A DNA stretch of 64,000 bases from Patescibacteria group bacterium. GTDB taxonomy: Bacteria; Patescibacteriota; Patescibacteriia; Buchananbacterales; UBA6539. The DNA lies in contig JAQTYZ010000002.1 in the NCBI GenBank assembly GCA_028688055.1, forward strand, positions 132,256 to 196,255, given 5' to 3'. This document shows, piece after piece, positions 62,383 through 64,000 of this stretch. The notes below the pieces were generated by a model. The model did not search any database. It was not told the origin of the DNA and saw only the letters and a program-made list of their open reading frames with translations. Each line of letters starts with the position of its first letter. Positions within the stretch are counted from its first letter, which is position 1. The position numbers and the translations under genes were made by a program.

Positions 62383-63870
62383 ATGAAAAGAACCAAAATT
62401 GTCTGCACCGTTGGTCCGGCTTCGGAATCAAAAAGTAAAATGGAAAAAATGGTTAAGGCGGGTTTGAATGTGGCGCGGCTGAATTTTTCGCATGGCAGTT
62501 ATAAACATCACGCGATGTTGATTGCCAATTTACGTCAGGTGGCCACCAAGCTCAATTCACCCGTGGCCATTTTGCAGGATTTGCAAGGTCCGCGCATCAG
62601 AATCGGTAGCGTTGCCAAAGATGGCATTAAATTACAACTTGGTCAACAGATATCATTGGTTCCGGAAAATTATCGTTTGGCGCTTAAGGACGCTTCAACT
62701 TATATTCCCATTCAGTTTCCTGAACTTTATCAAAATGTAAAACCTGGTGATCCCGTGTTAATTGATGATGCAAAAATTGAGTTAAAGGTAGAGGCGATAA
62801 AAAATAAAGCCATTATTTGCAAGGTCAAAGTTGGGGATATTGTTTATTCCAATAAGGGCATGAATTTTCCCAAGTCATCAATTAAGGCTGAGCCAGTCAC
62901 CGCTAAAGATCGGGAGGATTTATTATTTGGCTTGAAGCAAAATGTTGATTTCGTCGCTTTGTCATTTATTAAGGAAGCATCGGATATTATTAATTTGCGC
63001 AAAGAAATTAGCCGTATCGAAGTCAAGCTCGGCCGTAAGATGAAAGATTTTAAAAAGCCGAAACGGAGCGGCAATTGGCCGGGAACGTTTACTAAAATTA
63101 TTGCGAAAATCGAACGACCGGAAGCGGTTAAGAATTTTGAGGAAATCTTAGCGGCCGCTGACGGAATTATGGTCGCGCGCGGTGATTTAGGCTTAGAGAT
63201 TCCCCTTGAAGATTTACCATTAATCCAGAAAAAAATTATTCGGCGCTGTGTCCAGGAATCAAAACCAGTCATTGTCGCGACGCAAATGCTTGATTCAATG
63301 ATTCGCTATCCAGTGCCAACGCGCGCCGAAGTTTCCGACGTGGCCAATGCTATTTTAGACGGCACTGATGCGATTATGCTGTCGGGCGAAACGGCTACGG
63401 GGAAATATCCGCTCAAGGCGGTTCAAGTGATGGCTAAAATTGCTCACGAAGTTGAAAAAACGGAAATTGTCGAACACGAAAAAATTAAGGAACTTTTAAA
63501 AAAAGTTGGCGGGATTACCGAAACAGTCAGTTTTGCTGTTCAAGATATCGCCGCTGATTTAAATGCTAAATTAATTGTTTGTGCCACAACTTCCGGTTTT
63601 ACCGCGCGGTCAATCTCCAAATATCGACCAGGTATTTCAGTCGTGGCCATGGCGCCGACTGAAAAAACTCGAAATCAACTCTGTTTAAGTTGGGGTGTTA
63701 GCTCGTATTGTTTGCCGTTTGATGCTAATCTCACCAAAATCATTAATCAGATTAGAAAATTACTTAAAGCTAAAAAATTAGTTGCCGCTGGCGATGTGGT
63801 GGTGATTACGGCCGGCCATCCGTTTGGCTATTTGGGCCAAACCAACCTGATCAAGGTTGAAACCATTTAA
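62383..63870 (+). CDS. pyk: Pyruvate kinase
   Basis: TKIVCTVGP, RLNFSHG, MVARGDLG, MLSGETA. Confidence 0.98.
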   Translation: MKRTKIVCTVGPASESKSKMEKMVKAGLNVARLNFSHGSYKHHAMLIANLRQVATKLNSPVAILQDLQGPRIRIGSVAKDGIKLQLGQQISLVPENYRLALKDASTYIPIQFPELYQNVKPGDPVLIDDAKIELKVEAIKNKAIICKVKVGDIVYSNKGMNFPKSSIKAEPVTAKDREDLLFGLKQNVDFVALSFIKEASDIINLRKEISRIEVKLGRKMKDFKKPKRSGNWPGTFTKIIAKIERPEAVKNFEEILAAADGIMVARGDLGLEIPLEDLPLIQKKIIRRCVQESKPVIVATQMLDSMIRYPVPTRAEVSDVANAILDGTDAIMLSGETATGKYPLKAVQVMAKIAHEVEKTEIVEHEKIKELLKKVGGITETVSFAVQDIAADLNAKLIVCATTSGFTARSISKYRPGISVVAMAPTEKTRNQLCLSWGVSSYCLPFDANLTKIINQIRKLLKAKKLVAAGDVVVITAGHPFGYLGQTNLIKVETI

Positions 63871-63888
63871 ATCATTAGGAAAAATTTT

Positions 63889-64000
63889 ATGTCGGCGAAT
63901 AAAAAATATATTCTTTGGTTTAATGAATTATCAATTCGCGACATTCCCAAAGTTGGTGGCAAAAATGCGTCCTTGGGCGAAATGTTTCGTCAGCTCAAGC
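63889..64000 (+). CDS. ppsA: Phosphoenolpyruvate synthase (partial, runs off the window)
   Basis: ILWF..VGGKNASLGEM. Confidence 0.85.
   Translation, partial: MSANKKYILWFNELSIRDIPKVGGKNASLGEMFRQLK

Overview
Chromosomal segment of a bacterium, most likely Patescibacteria/CPR (inferred from gene content, many core genes without a Shine-Dalgarno, and a tRNA-Ile(UAU)). Housekeeping genes: valS, tyrS, a copper module with copA, amtB, a complete F1Fo ATP synthase operon, a Xer-type recombinase, rpsO-NYN-pnp, lspA, rmuC, groES/groEL with CIRCE, pyk, the start of ppsA, and five tRNAs. Main discoveries: (1) a 9.37-kb AT-rich large-serine-recombinase element (about 43193-52562) splits comM/yifB, and its attP lies inside the integrase gene, so the integrase C-terminus changes between integrated and excised states; it carries two HEPN genes and an iteron-like origin. 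(2) An integrase-free tandem array of three single-gene cassettes at the tRNA-His 3' end, delimited by structured, covarying ~75-bp repeats. (3) One cassette encodes a circularly permuted triosephosphate isomerase. (4) An HNH gene sits between a truncated tRNA-His-like 5' half and an intact, different tRNA-His. (5) An ANTAR-type antiterminator precedes amtB, and several intergenic regions look like structured RNAs. Caution: the supplied ORF track labels 1911..3047 as '+', but the sequence shows it is on the minus strand.
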